A stretch of 64,000 nucleotides of DNA. It comes from Glycera tridactyla (Eukaryota). Below, in pieces: positions 7,804-21,557 of the stretch. How positions within the stretch are numbered: position 1 is the stretch's first letter; every line of letters starts with the position of its first letter. The notes below the pieces were generated by a model, which was given only the letters and a program-made list of their open reading frames with translations, did no database searches and had not been told where the DNA came from. A program made the translations under genes and the position numbers. The stretch lies in the NCBI GenBank assembly GCA_965644265.1, contig OZ286469.1, forward strand, positions 62,868,001 through 62,932,000. The letters are read 5' to 3'.

Positions 7804-10115
7804 ACATTCTATTTCTGCCTGTATGTCTGTTGTCTGTAAATATCCGTGCATAATATATAATCTAATGAGGCATTCGTGTTCTGGTTCTGTGTTTTTGTGT
7901 GTGATGGGTTTGTGTGTGTGTGTGTGTGTGCGTGTGTGTGTGGGTGTGTGTGTATGTGTGTGCCAGTGGCTCTTGATGATAGGCTCGGTGTGCCCGAGTA
8001 CTCTGTAGCTTGTATGTGGTAGTGTGGCACCTGGTGGTAGTTGCATGCATCATATTTGATCGTATGGGTTTTTTGCAATATGTGTGGCTTTGTTTACACA
8101 CACACCTGTCATTTTATCTGGTTATTCTATACTGTGGAAAAATTAATTTTGGAATATTCACTATGCAGGTCTCTTGTCTTTATTGCCTGTCACTCAGCTG
8201 ACCTCTACATGTGCCCCTCTCTATCTATTGAGATGCTCCAGGTGCAAAACTGGCTTTCTTGATTAAAATGTGTTCCCTCAATCCATGCCTTTCGGAATGT
8301 GTTTTCCTCAGCTGGAAAAGAGTCACCTCAATCTCAATAGGAGTAAAGAAGTGGTTACTCCCGTTTCCAATTAAGAGTTGAGAGGTTGGTTGTTGGTTGG
8401 TTGGTCCTGGTTTAACGTCTTGTCAGCACCATCTGGGCTATATTGTGACGCCCATGCAATGGTCATGTTCAGGATCCTCCAAGAGCGACATTCTAATCCA
8501 AGAGAAAATTTGTACTAATGGAGACCATAGGATCCCTGCCGCCACCTACCCATGTCCATGTATGCACCCCAGCATTCAAACTATTCTGCCCCTACCATAG
8601 AATTAACACGCCCCCTGCAAATGTGTGGCCACTCAAGTATGTGCTGCATGCATTAGATAGTTTGTTGTTTGTTTGTTTGTTTTAGTTTAACGTCACTTAA
8701 ACCCGCTTGGGTTATATCAGACTGAAAAACTGAAAATGCTGAAGAAAAAGAGTCACTGCATGCCGGGGGCCGTCCCTACTCTTTGCAAAAGACAGCAGTG
8801 GATCTTTAACGTGCATGAAGGAAAAGGCTCCTAAATACACGGCCGGCCTTTGATATCCCAGTTGGCATGCACTGGGTTTGCATTAGATGGATCATCACCA
8901 ATCAGATCATCTTGATCATCACCAATCAGATCATCTTGGAACCAAACAGTTCTTGTTGAAAAGAAAGGATGACCAAACATGATGATCTACATATCCGGAA
9001 GGTTCTGCACATCTCTGATAGGACCTAATACACTGAATCCTGACCCACTTAATTTTCCTACCATATTGTCAAGTTGTGTGTGTGTGTGTGTGTGTACATT
9101 TAGCTGCTCAATCGTGCCTATATCTTCAACTGATCTGAATGTACATTGATATGGCTGAAGGTACGACTGGTCAGAAACTCATATAGGGCAAAGTTTCTGA
9201 GCATGATGGCGGATCCACTCGGGGATTGTGCCCCTGATCGAACATGCTGACTGGCTGAGACCTGCGAAACTATCATATCATCTACATATCAGAATTCACC
9301 AATCACATTGCATGTAAGATGGTGCATTGGCGCAGAAGGCTTGTTGTAAAAAATATGAAGCAGGGCACTGCAGTTGGGATATATTTCAGTAAAACTAGGG
9401 ATGCATCAATAGATTTCGGCTTAGAAATAAAGTCATCTACCCAGGGAGATAAGTTGATATATAAATAGTACATTTGAACCTGTTTACATAACCTTTCAAT
9501 GTGACCGAGAGTGGGCTGTTTCTGCATGCAGGTGACGATTGTAGCAGAAGAGCTGTCATCACAATTGTAGTGTATGTAGTGTGATATGTGTGATTTCTTT
9601 CTAAAGTGTAACCATTCCGTTTTCCGGTTATGTCAAGTATCGTCAGTTCACCTCACTCCGAGGTGTTATATAACAGTTTTAAAGTAGCGCTGCGAACACC
9701 ACCTCGAGATTATTCGCCTTGCTCAGGGTGTTAGGATAGGCGAGTGCTCGCTCAGTTTACCTCACTCTGAGGTGTTATATAACCGTTCTTTATGTAGTTC
9801 TGCTAACACCTTGAGAATACTCGCCTAGCTCAAGGTGTTAGGATAGGCGAGTGCTCGCTTAGTCTAGGCGTTAAATGTCAGCTTGCCGGCTGGCTAGTGG
9901 CTCTGGCCTGGCTGTGAGTGGCTCTGGCCTGGCTGTGAGTGGCTGCTCACCGTGTTAACACCTGGGCGGCTTCAGCCAATGAGCGCTAACTAGTGGGCAT
10001 AAAACCGGCTGTTTTTCCCTAATTCATCAGTCATACCCTGTGAAGACTCCAGCTTCCAGTGTCTACTACTGCTACTACATTGCGTCTACCTCTGCTACAT
10101 CTGCTATCGTCTACT

Positions 10116-11219
10116 ATGGAGTCAACAGCTGCCCTTCATCTTGCACCTGGTGGAATGCCCAGCAAGCTTGCCATGCGGGAGAAGCGACAAAGGCAGAATT
10201 TGAAGGCTCGGAGGGCTGCTATTTTCGAGCAGGCTGCTGCTACCTCCGAGCTGATGAGAGTACGGGCTGCTGCTGCCAGTGTCACCACTTCGTCTGCTGC
10301 CATTTCAAGTGCTACTACTTCTACTGCTGCTACTCCTACTGTCGGTGAGCCTAGTTCCTCTACTGCCGTTTCAAGTGCTACTACTCCTACTGCTGCTACT
10401 ACTGCCTCTTCTACCCCTACCGCTACGCCTGGATCTGCTGCTACGATTTCTACTCAGACAGCCGCCGACTCGACAACCATCTCTACACAGACTTCCGACA
10501 TGGGAACTAGAGTCATCTCTACTCAGATTGCTGCGTTGCCTATTCTGTCCACGACTGCAGCTACCTCCGCTTCGTCTGCTTCGAGTGTCCCCCAGACCCA
10601 GGTGCTCATCATGGGAAGCTCACACGTCGCCCGTATTCCCCTTTCAGCTTTAGACGGAGCGACCAATGTGACTTTGGCCGGGCGAGAGGGATTTACCTGG
10701 TCGGAAGCCTTGCAAGTCCTGCAGGGAAAGAAGGAGCCGTCACGTGGAGATCTCTCTTCTACCTCCATCCGTGACCTAATTCTTAAGTGCAGCGTTTGTG
10801 TGTTTATTTATGGATCTAATGATCTCGCTCGTAGATTTTTCGACGTAGAGAGTGGCAGAAATCGTTTTGCCACCTCAAGTGAGGTCATTCATGACATGAA
10901 CTCCTTCTTATCGTATGTCGAATACCTGCATGTGAAGTCTGGGCTGCCTATGCCTAGAATTCATGTTCTGAGCATTTTGACGCGTCCGGATTGGGATCAG
11001 GAGCGGGTGAGGGCGGCCTGGCATGTGAATGAGGGAGTGGCTGCTCATCCCAGTGTAACGTCTTTGGTGGTGCCCGCCTGGTTCCATCCGGACGCACATA
11101 TTCGACCAACTACAGCTAAGGGTACTAAAGATAACAAGCATCTATATCAGCATCTGTATCCGGAGTTGTTGTATTCGATCAAGAGGGAGGTTAGAGCTTT
11201 CTCCCCTGGAGACTGGTGA
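10116..11219 (+). CDS. SGNH hydrolase-domain protein, copy A4
   Basis: Intact 367-aa frame. Confidence 0.85.
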   Translation: MESTAALHLAPGGMPSKLAMREKRQRQNLKARRAAIFEQAAATSELMRVRAAAASVTTSSAAISSATTSTAATPTVGEPSSSTAVSSATTPTAATTASSTPTATPGSAATISTQTAADSTTISTQTSDMGTRVISTQIAALPILSTTAATSASSASSVPQTQVLIMGSSHVARIPLSALDGATNVTLAGREGFTWSEALQVLQGKKEPSRGDLSSTSIRDLILKCSVCVFIYGSNDLARRFFDVESGRNRFATSSEVIHDMNSFLSYVEYLHVKSGLPMPRIHVLSILTRPDWDQERVRAAWHVNEGVAAHPSVTSLVVPAWFHPDAHIRPTTAKGTKDNKHLYQHLYPELLYSIKREVRAFSPGDW

Positions 11220-13510
11220 ACATTCTATTTCTGCCTGTATGTCTGTTGTCTGTAAATATCCGTGCATAATATATAATCTAATGAGGCATTCGTGTTCTGG
11301 TTCTGTGTTTTTGTGTGTGATGGGTTTGTGTGTGTGTGTGTGTGCGTGTGTGTGTGGGTGTGTGTGTATGTGTGTGCCAGTGGCTCTTGATGATAGGCTC
11401 GGTGTGCCCGAGTACTCTGTAGCTTGTATGTGGTAGTGTGGCACCTGGTGGTAGTTGCATGCATCATATTTGATCGTATGGGTTTTGTGCAATATGTGTG
11501 GCTTTGTTTACACACACACCTGTCATTTTATCTGGTTATTCTATACTGTGGAAAAATTAATTTTGGAATATTCACTATGCAGGTCTCTTGTCTTTATTGC
11601 CTGTCACTCAGCTGACCTCTACATGTGCCCCTCTCTATCTATTGAGATGCTCCAGGTGCAAAACTGGCTTTCTTGATTAAAATGTGTTCCCTCAATCCAT
11701 GCCTTTCGGAATGTGTTTTCCTCAGCTGGAAAAGAGTCACCTCAATCTCAATAGGAGTAAAGAAGTGGTTACTCCCGTTTCCAATTAAGAGTTGAGAGGT
11801 TGGTTGTTGGTTGGTTGGTCCTGGTTTAACGTCTTGTCAGCACCATCTGGGCTATATTGTGACGCCCATGCAATGGTCATGTTCAGGATCCTCCAAGAGC
11901 GACATTCTAATCCAAGAGAAAATTTGTACTAATGGAGACCATAGGATCCCTGCCGCCACCTACCCATGTCCATGTATGCACCCCAGCATTCAAACTATTC
12001 TGCCCCTACCATAGAATTAACACGCCCCCTGCAAATGTGTGGCCACTCAAGTATGTGCTGCATGCATTAGATGGTTTGTTGTTTGTTCGTTTGTTTTAGT
12101 TTAACGTCACTTAAACCCGCTTGGGTTATATCGGACTGAAAAACTGAAAATGCTGAAGAAAAAGAGTCACTGCATGCCGGGGGCCGTCCCTACTCTTTGC
12201 GAAAGACAGCAGTGGATCTTTAACGTGCGTGAAGGAAAAGGCTCCTAAATACACGGCCGGCCTTTGATATCCCAGTCGGCATGCACTGGGTTTGCATTAG
12301 ATGGATCATCACCAATCAGATCATCTTGATCATCACCAATCAGATCATCTTGGAACCAAACAGTTCTTGTTGAAAAGAAAGGATGACCAAACATGATGAT
12401 CTACATATCCGGAAGGTTCTGCACATCTCTGATAGGACCTAATACACTGAATCCTGACCCACTTAATTTTCCTACCATATTGTCAAGTTGTGTGTGTGTG
12501 TGTGTGTGTGTACATTTAGCTGCTCAATCGTGCCTATATCTTCAACTGATCTGAATGTACATTGATATGGCTGAAGGTACGACTGGTCAGAAACTCATAT
12601 AGGGCAAAGTTTCTGAGCATGATGGCGGATCCACTCGGGGATTGTGCCCCTGATCGAACATGCTGACTGGCTGAGACCTGCGAAACTATCATATCATCTA
12701 CATATCAGAATTCACCAATCACATTGCATGTAAGATGGTGCATTGGCGCAGAAGGCTTGTTGTAAAAAATATGAAGCAGGGCACTGCAATTGGGATATAT
12801 TTCAGTAAAACTAGGGATGCATCAATAGATTTCGGCTTAGAAATAAAGTCATCTACCCAGGGAGATAAGTTGATATATAAATAGTACATTTGAACCTGTT
12901 TACATAACCTTTCAATGTGACCGAGAGTGGGCTGTTTCTGCATGCAGGTGACGATTGTAGCAGAAGAGCTGTCATCACAATTGTAGTGTATGTAGTGTGA
13001 TATGTGTGATTTCTTTCTAAAGTGTAACCATTCCGTTTTCCGGTTATGTCAAGTATCGTCAGTTCACCTCACTCCGAGGTGTTATATAACAGTTTTAAAG
13101 TAGCGCTGCGAACACCACCTCGAGATTATTCGCCTTGCTCAGGGTGTTAGGATAGGCGAGTGCTCGCTCAGTTTACCTCACTCTGAGGTGTTATATAACC
13201 GTTCTTTATGTAGTTCTGCTAACACCTTGAGAATACTTGCCTAGCTCAAGGTGTTAGGATAGGCGAGTGCTCGCTTAGTCTAGGCGTTAAATGTCAGCTT
13301 GCCGGCTGGCTAGTGGCTCTGGCCTGGCTGTGAGTGGCTGCTCACCGTGTTAACACCTGGGCGGCTTCAGCCAATGAGCGCTAACTAGTGGGCATAAAAC
13401 CGGCTGTTTTTCCCTAATTCATCAGTCATACCCTGTGAAGACTCCAGCTTCCAGTGTCTACTACTGCTACTACATTGCGTCTACCTCTGCTACATCTGCT
13501 ATCGTCTACT

Positions 13511-14614
13511 ATGGAGTCAACAGCTGCCCTTCATCTTGCACCTGGTGGAATGCCCAGCAAGCTTGCCATGCGGGAGAAGCGACAAAGGCAGAATTTGAAG
13601 GCTCGGAGGGCTGCTATTTTCGAGCAGGCTGCTGCTACCTCCGAGCTGATGAGAGTACGGGCTGCTGCTGCCAGTGTCACCACTTCGTCTGCTGCCATTT
13701 CAAGTGCTACTACTTCTACTGCTGCTACTCCTACTGTCGGTGAGCCTAGTTCCTCTACTGCCGTTTCAAGTGCTACTACTCCTACTGCTGCTACTACTGC
13801 CTCTTCTACCCCTACCGCTACGCCTGGATCTGCTGCTACGATTTCTACTCAGACAGCCGCCGACTCGACAACCATCTCTACACAGACTTCCGACATGGGA
13901 ACTAGAGTCATCTCTACTCAGATTGCTGCGTTGCCTATTCTGTCCACGACTGCAGCTACCTCCGCTTCGTCTGCTTCGAGTGTCCCCCAGACCCAGGTGC
14001 TCATCATGGGAAGCTCACACGTCGCCCGTATTCCCCTTTCAGCTTTAGACGGAGCGACCAATGTGACTTTGGCCGGGCGAGAGGGATTTACCTGGTCGGA
14101 AGCCTTGCAAGTCCTGCAGGGAAAGAAGGAGCCGTCACGTGGAGATCTCTCTTCTACCTCCATCCGTGACCTAATTCTTAAGTGCAGCGTTTGTGTGTTT
14201 ATTTATGGATCTAATGATCTCGCTCGTAGATTTTTCGACGTAGAGAGTGGCAGAAATCGTTTTGCCACCTCAAGTGAGGTCATTCATGACATGAACTCCT
14301 TCTTATCGTATGTCGAATACCTGCATGTGAAGTCTGGGCTGCCTATGCCTAGAATTCATGTTCTGAGCATTTTGACGCGTCCGGATTGGGATCAGGAGCG
14401 GGTGAGGGCGGCCTGGCATGTGAATGAGGGAGTGGCTGCTCATCCCAGTGTAACGTCTTTGGTGGTGCCCGCCTGGTTCCATCCGGACGCACATATTCGA
14501 CCAACTACAGCTAAGGGTACTAAAGATAACAAGCATCTATATCAGCATCTGTATCCGGAGTTGTTGTATTCGATCAAGAGGGAGGTTAGAGCTTTCTCCC
14601 CTGGAGACTGGTGA
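13511..14614 (+). CDS. SGNH hydrolase-domain protein, copy A5
   Basis: Intact 367-aa frame. Confidence 0.85.
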   Translation: MESTAALHLAPGGMPSKLAMREKRQRQNLKARRAAIFEQAAATSELMRVRAAAASVTTSSAAISSATTSTAATPTVGEPSSSTAVSSATTPTAATTASSTPTATPGSAATISTQTAADSTTISTQTSDMGTRVISTQIAALPILSTTAATSASSASSVPQTQVLIMGSSHVARIPLSALDGATNVTLAGREGFTWSEALQVLQGKKEPSRGDLSSTSIRDLILKCSVCVFIYGSNDLARRFFDVESGRNRFATSSEVIHDMNSFLSYVEYLHVKSGLPMPRIHVLSILTRPDWDQERVRAAWHVNEGVAAHPSVTSLVVPAWFHPDAHIRPTTAKGTKDNKHLYQHLYPELLYSIKREVRAFSPGDW

Positions 14615-16925
14615 ACATTCTATTTCTGCCTGTATGTCTGTTGTCTGTAAATATCCGTGCATAATATATAATCTAATGAGGCATTCGTGTTCTGGTTCTG
14701 TGTTTTTGTGTGTGATGGGTTTGTGTGTGTGTGTGTGTGCGTGTGTGTGTGGGTGTGTGTGTATGTGTGTGCCAGTGGCTCTTGATGATAGGCTCGGTGT
14801 GCCTGAGTACTCTGTAGCTTGTATGTGGTAGTGTGGCACCTGGTGGTAGTTGCATGCATCATATTTGATCGTATGGGTTTTTTGCAATATGTGTGGCTTT
14901 GTTTACACACACACCTGTCATTTTATCTGGTTATTCTATACTGTGGAAAAATTAATTTTGGAATATTCACTATGCAGGTCTCTTGTCTTTATTGCCTGTC
15001 ACTCAGCTGACCTCTACATGTGCCCCTCTCTATCTATTGAGATGCTCCAGGTGCAAAACTGGCTTTCTTGATTAAAATGTGTTCCCTCAATCCATGCCTT
15101 TCTGAATGTGTTTTCCTCAGCTGGAAAAGAGTCACCTCAATCTCAATAGGAGTAAAGAAGTGGTTACTCCCGTTTCCAATTAAGAGTTGAGAGGTTGGTT
15201 GTTGGTTGGTTGGTCCTGGTTTAACGTCTTGTCAGCACCATCTGGGCTATATTGTGACGCCCATGCAATGGTCATGTTCAGGATCCTCCAAGAGCGACAT
15301 TCTAATCCAAGAGAAAATTTGTACTAATGGAGACCATAGGATCCCTGCCGCCACCTACCCATGTCCATGTATGCACCCCAGCATTCAAACTATTCTGCCC
15401 CTACCATAGAATTAACACGCCCCCTGCAAATGTGTGGCCACTCAAGTATGTGCTGCATGCATTAGATAGTTTGTTGTTTGTTTGTTTGTTTTAGTTTAAC
15501 GTCACTTAAACCCGCTTGGGTTATATCGGACTGAAAAACTGAAAATGCTGAAGAAAAAGAGTCACTGCATGCCGGGGGCCGTCCCTACTCTTTGCAAAAG
15601 ACAGCAGTGGATCTTTAACGTGCATGAAGGAAAAGGCTCCTAAATACACGGCCGGCCTTTGATATCCCAGTCGGCATGCACTGGGTTTGCATTAGATGGA
15701 TCATCACCAATCAGATCATCTTGATCATCACCAATCAGATCATCTTGGAACCAAACAGTTCTTGTTGAAAAGAAAGGATGACCAAACATGATGATCTACA
15801 TATCCGGAAGGTTCTGCACATCTCTGATAGGACCTAATACACTGAATCCTGACCCACTTAATTTTCCTACCATATTGTCAAGTTGTGTGTGTGTGTGTGT
15901 GTGTGTGTACATTTAGCTGCTCAATCGTGCCTATATCTTCAACTGATCTGAATGTACATTGATATGGCTGAAGGTACGACTGGTCAGAAACTCATATAGG
16001 GCAAAGTTTCTGAGCATGATGGCGGATCCACTCGGGGATTGTGCCCCTGATCGAACATGCTGACTGGCTGAGACCTGCGAAACTATCATATCATCTACAT
16101 ATCAGAATTCACCAATCACATTGCATGTAAGATGGTGCATTGGCGCAGAAGGCTTGTTGTAAAAAATATGAAGCAGGGCACTGCAGTTGGGATATATTTC
16201 AGTAAAACTAGGGATGCATCAATAGATTTCGGCTTAGAAATAAAGTCATCTACCCAGGGAGATAAGTTGATATATAAATAGTACATTTGAACCTGTTTAC
16301 ATAACCTTTCAATGTGACCGAGAGTGGGCTGTTTCTGCATGCAGGTGACGATTGTAGCAGAAGAGCTGTCATCACAATTGTAGTGTATGTAGTGTGATAT
16401 GTGTGATTTCTTTCTAAAGTGTAACCATTCCGTTTTCCGGTTATGTCAAGTATCGTCAGTTCACCTCACTCCGAGGTGTTATATAACAGTTTTAAAGTAG
16501 CGCTGCGAACACCACCTCGAGATTATTTGCCTTGCTCAGGGTGTTAGGATAGGCGAGTGCTCGCTCAGTTTACCTCACTCTGAGGTGTTATATAACCGTT
16601 CTTTATGTAGTTCTGCTAACACCTTGAGAATACTCGCCTAGCTCAAGGTGTTAGGATAGGCGAGTGCTCGCTTAGTCTAGGCGTTAAATGTCAGCTTGCC
16701 GGCTGGCTAGTGGCTCTGGCCCGGCTGTGAGTGGCTCTGGCCTGGCTGTGAGTGGCTGCTCACCGTGTTAACACCTGGGCGGCTTCAGCCAATGAGCGCT
16801 AACTAGTGGGCATAAAACCGGCTGTTTTTCCCTAATTCAGTCATACCCTGTGAAGACTCCAGCTTCCAGTGTCTACTACTGCTACTACATTGCGTCTACC
16901 TCTGCTACATCTGCTATCGTCTACT

Positions 16926-18029
16926 ATGGAGTCAACAGCTGCCCTTCATCTTGCACCTGGTGGAATGCCCAGCAAGCTTGCCATGCGGGAGAAGCGACAA
17001 AGGCAGAATTTGAAGGCTCGGAGGGCTGCTATTTTCGAGCAGGCTGCTGCTACCTCCGAGCTGATGAGAGTACGGGCTGCTGCTGCCAGTGTCACCACTT
17101 CGTCTGCTGCCATTTCAAGTGCTACTACTTCTACTGCTGCTACTCCTACTGTCGGTGAGCCTAGTTCCTCTACTGCCGTTTCAAGTGCTACTACTCCTAC
17201 TGCTGCTACTACTGCCTCTTCTACCCCTACCGCTACGCCTGGATCTGCTGCTACGATTTCTACTCAGACAGCCGCCGACTCGACAACCATCTCTACACAG
17301 ACTTCCGACATGGGAACTAGAGTCATCTCTACTCAGACTGCTGCGTTGCCTATTCTGTCCACGACTGCAGCTACCTCCGCTTCGTCTGCTTCGAGTGTCC
17401 CCCAGACCCAGGTGCTCATCATGGGAAGCTCACACGTCGCCCGTATTCCCCTTTCAGCTTTAGACGGAGCGACCAATGTGACTTTGGCCGGGCGAGAGGG
17501 ATTTACCTGGTCGGAAGCCTTGCAAGTCCTGCAGGGAAAGAAGGAGCCGTCACGTGGAGATCTCTCTTCTACCTCCATCCGTGACCTAATTCTTAAGTGC
17601 AGCGTTTGTGTGTTTATTTATGGATCTAATGATCTCGCTCGTAGATTTTTCGACGTAGAGAGTGGCAGAAATCGTTTTGCCACCTCAAGTGAGGTCATTC
17701 ATGACATGAACTCCTTCTTATCGTATGTCGAATACCTGCGTGTGAAGTCTGGGCTGCCTATGCCGAGAATTCATGTTCTGAGCATTTTGACGCGTCCGGA
17801 TTGGGATCAGGAGCGGGTGAGGGCGGCCTGGCATGTGAATGAGGGAGTGGCTGCTCATCCCAGTGTAACGTCTTTGGTGGTGCCCGCCTGGTTCCATCCG
17901 GACGCACATATTCGACCAACTACAGCTAAGGGTACTAAAGATAACAAGCATCTATATCAGCATCTGTATCCGGAGTTGTTGTATTCGATCAAGAGGGAGG
18001 TTAGAGCTTTCTCCCCTGGAGACTGGTGA
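16926..18029 (+). CDS. SGNH hydrolase-domain protein, copy A6
   Basis: Intact 367-aa frame. Confidence 0.85.
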   Translation: MESTAALHLAPGGMPSKLAMREKRQRQNLKARRAAIFEQAAATSELMRVRAAAASVTTSSAAISSATTSTAATPTVGEPSSSTAVSSATTPTAATTASSTPTATPGSAATISTQTAADSTTISTQTSDMGTRVISTQTAALPILSTTAATSASSASSVPQTQVLIMGSSHVARIPLSALDGATNVTLAGREGFTWSEALQVLQGKKEPSRGDLSSTSIRDLILKCSVCVFIYGSNDLARRFFDVESGRNRFATSSEVIHDMNSFLSYVEYLRVKSGLPMPRIHVLSILTRPDWDQERVRAAWHVNEGVAAHPSVTSLVVPAWFHPDAHIRPTTAKGTKDNKHLYQHLYPELLYSIKREVRAFSPGDW

Positions 18030-20315
18030 ACATTCTATTTCTGCCTGTATGTCTGTTGTCTGTAAATATCCGTGCATAATATATAATCTAATGAGGCATT
18101 CGTGTTCTGGTTCTGTGTTTTTGTGTGTGATGGGTTTGTGTGTGTGTGTGTGTGCGTGTGTGTGTGTGTGTGTATGTGTGTGCCAGTGGCTCTTGATGAT
18201 AGGCTCGGTGTGCCCGAGTACTCTGTAGCTTGTATGTGGTAGTGTGGCACCTGGTGGTAGTTGCATGCATCATATTTGATCGTATGGGTTTTGTGCAATA
18301 TGTGTGGCTTTGTTTACACACACACCTGTCATTTTATCTGGTTATTCTATACTGTGGAAAAATTAATTTTGGAATATTCACTATGCAGGTCTCTTGTCTT
18401 TATTGCCTGTCACTCAGCTGACCTCTACATGTGCCCCTCTCTATCTATTGAGATGCTCCAGGTGCAAAACTGGCTTTCTTGATTAAAATGTGTTCCCTCA
18501 ATCCATGCCTTTCGGAATGTGTTTTCCTCAGCTGGAAAAGAGTCACCCCAATCTCAATAGGAGTAAAGAAGTGGTTACTCCCGTTTCCAATTAAGAGTTG
18601 AGAGGTTGGTTGTTGGTTGGTTGGTCCTGGTTTAACGTCTTGTCAGCACCATCTGGGCTATATTGTGACGCCCATGCAATGGTCATGTTCAGGATCCTCC
18701 AAGAGCGACATTCTAATCCAAGAGAAAATTTGTACTAATGGAGACCATAGGATCCCTGCCGCCACCTACCCATGTCCATGTATGCACCCCAGCATTCAAA
18801 CTATTCTGCCCCTACCATAGAATTAACACGCCCCCTGCAAATGTGTGGCCACTCAAGTATGTGCTGCATGCATTAGATGGTTTGTTGTTTGTTTGTTTGT
18901 TTTAGTTTAACGTCACTTAAACCCGCTTGGGTTATATCGGACTGAAAAACTGAAAATGCTGAAGAAAAAGAGTCACTGCATGCCGGGGCCGTCCCTAATC
19001 TTTGCGAAAGACAGCAGTGGATCTTTAACGTGCGTGAAGGAAAAGGCTCCTAAATACACGGCCGGCCTTTGATATCCCAGTCGGCATGCACTGGGTTTGC
19101 ATTAGATGGATCATCACCAATCAGATCATCTTGATCATCACCAATCAGATCATCTTGGAACCAAACAGTTCTTGTTGAAAAGAAAGGATGACCAAACATG
19201 ATGATCTACATATCCGGAAGGTTCTGCACATCTCTGATAGGACCTAATACACTGAATCCTGACCCACTTAATTTTCCTACCATATTGTCAAGTTGTGTGT
19301 GTGTGTGTGTGTGTGTACATTTAGCTGCCCAATCGTGCCTATATCTTCAACTGATCTGAATGTACATTGATATGGCTGAAGGTACGACTGGTCAGAAACT
19401 CATATAGGGCAAAGTTTCTGAGCATGATGGCGGATCCACTCGGGGATTGTGCCCCTGATCGAACATGCTGACTGGCTGAGACCTGCGAAACTATCATATC
19501 ATCTACATATCAGAATTCACCAATCACATTGCATGTAAGATGGTGCATTGGCGCAGAAGGCTTGTTGTAAAAAATATGAAGCAGGGCACTGCAGTTGGGA
19601 TATATTTCAGTAAAACTAGGGATGCATCAATAGATTTCGGCTTAGAAATAAAGTCATCTACCCAGGGAGATAAGTTGATATATAAATAGTACATTTGAAC
19701 CTGTTTACATAACCTTTCAATGTGACCGAGAGTGGGCTGTTTCTGCATGCAGGTGACGATTGTAGCAGAAGAGCTGTCATCACAATTGTAGTGTATGTAG
19801 TGTGATATGTGTGATTTCTTTCTAAAGTGTAACCATTCCGTTTTCCGGTTATGTCAAGTATCGTCAGTTCACCTCACTCCGAGGTGTTATATAACAGTTT
19901 TAAAGTAGCGCTGCGAACACCACCTCGAGATTATTCGCCTTGCTCAGGGTGTTAGGATAGGCGAGTGCTCGCTCAGTTTACCTCACTCTGAGGTGTTATA
20001 TAACCGTTCTTTATGTAGTTCTGCTAACACCTTGAGAATACTCGCCTAGCTCAAGGTGTTAGGATAGGCGAGTGCTCGCTTAGTCTAGGCGTTAAATGTC
20101 AGCTTGCCGGCTGGCTAGTGGCTCTGGCCTGGCTGTGAGTGGCTGCTCACCGTGTTAACACCTGGGCGGCTTCAGCCAATGAGCGCTAACTAGTGGGCAT
20201 AAAACCGGCTGTTTTTCCCTAATTCATCAGTCATACCCTGTGAAGACTCCAGCTTCCAGTGTCTACTACTGCTACTACATTGCGTCTACCTCTGCTACAT
20301 CTGCTATCGTCTACT

Positions 20316-21419
20316 ATGGAGTCAACAGCTGCCCTTCATCTTGCACCTGGTGGAATGCCCAGCAAGCTTGCCATGCGGGAGAAGCGACAAAGGCAGAATT
20401 TGAAGGCTCGGAGGGCTGCTATTTTCGAGCAGGCTGCTGCTACCTCCGAGCTGATGAGAGTACGGGCTGCTGCTGCCAGTGTCACCACTTCGTCTGCTGC
20501 CATTTCAAGTGCTACTACTTCTACTGCTGCTACTCCTACTGTCGGTGAGCCTAGTTCCTCTACTGCCGTTTCAAGTGCTACTACTCCTACTGCTGCTACT
20601 ACTGCCTCTTCTACCCCTACCGCTACGCCTGGATCTGCTGCTACGATTTCTACTCAGACAGCCGCCGACTCGACAACCATCTCTACACAGACTTCCGACA
20701 TGGGAACTAGAGTCATCTCTACTCAGATTGCTGCGTTGCCTATTCTGTCCACGACTGCAGCTACCTCCGCTTCGTCTGCTTCGAGTGTCCCCCAGACCCA
20801 GGTGCTCATCATGGGAAGCTCACACGTCGCCCGTATTCCCCTTTCAGCTTTAGACGGAGCGACCAATGTGACTTTGGCCGGGCGAGAGGGATTTACCTGG
20901 TCGGAAGCCTTGCAAGTCCTGCAGGGAAAGAAGGAGCCGTCACGTGGAGATCTCTCTTCTACCTCCATCCGTGACCTAATTCTTAAGTGCAGCGTTTGTG
21001 TGTTTATTTATGGATCTAATGATCTCGCTCGTAGATTTTTCGACGTAGAGAGTGGCAGAAATCGTTTTGCCACCTCAAGTGAGGTCATTCATGACATGAA
21101 CTCCTTCTTATCGTATGTCGAATACCTGCATGTGAAGTCTGGGCTGCCTATGCCTAGAATTCATGTTCTGAGCATTTTGACGCGTCCGGATTGGGATCAG
21201 GAGCGGGTGAGGGCGGCCTGGCATGTGAATGAGGGAGTGGCTGCTCATCCCAGTGTAACGTCTTTGGTGGTGCCCGCCTGGTTCCATCCGGACGCACATA
21301 TTCGACCAACTACAGCTAAGGGTACTAAAGATAACAAGCATCTATATCAGCATCTGTATCCGGAGTTGTTGTATTCGATCAAGAGGGAGGTTAGAGCTTT
21401 CTCCCCTGGAGACTGGTGA
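20316..21419 (+). CDS. SGNH hydrolase-domain protein, copy A7
   Basis: Intact 367-aa frame. Confidence 0.85.
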   Translation: MESTAALHLAPGGMPSKLAMREKRQRQNLKARRAAIFEQAAATSELMRVRAAAASVTTSSAAISSATTSTAATPTVGEPSSSTAVSSATTPTAATTASSTPTATPGSAATISTQTAADSTTISTQTSDMGTRVISTQIAALPILSTTAATSASSASSVPQTQVLIMGSSHVARIPLSALDGATNVTLAGREGFTWSEALQVLQGKKEPSRGDLSSTSIRDLILKCSVCVFIYGSNDLARRFFDVESGRNRFATSSEVIHDMNSFLSYVEYLHVKSGLPMPRIHVLSILTRPDWDQERVRAAWHVNEGVAAHPSVTSLVVPAWFHPDAHIRPTTAKGTKDNKHLYQHLYPELLYSIKREVRAFSPGDW

Positions 21420-21526
21420 ACATTCTATTTCTGCCTGTATGTCTGTTGTCTGTAAATATCCGTGCATAATATATAATCTAATGAGGCATTCGTGTTCTGG
21501 TTCTGTGTTTTTGTGTGTGATGGGTT

Positions 21527-21557
<31 letters not shown>

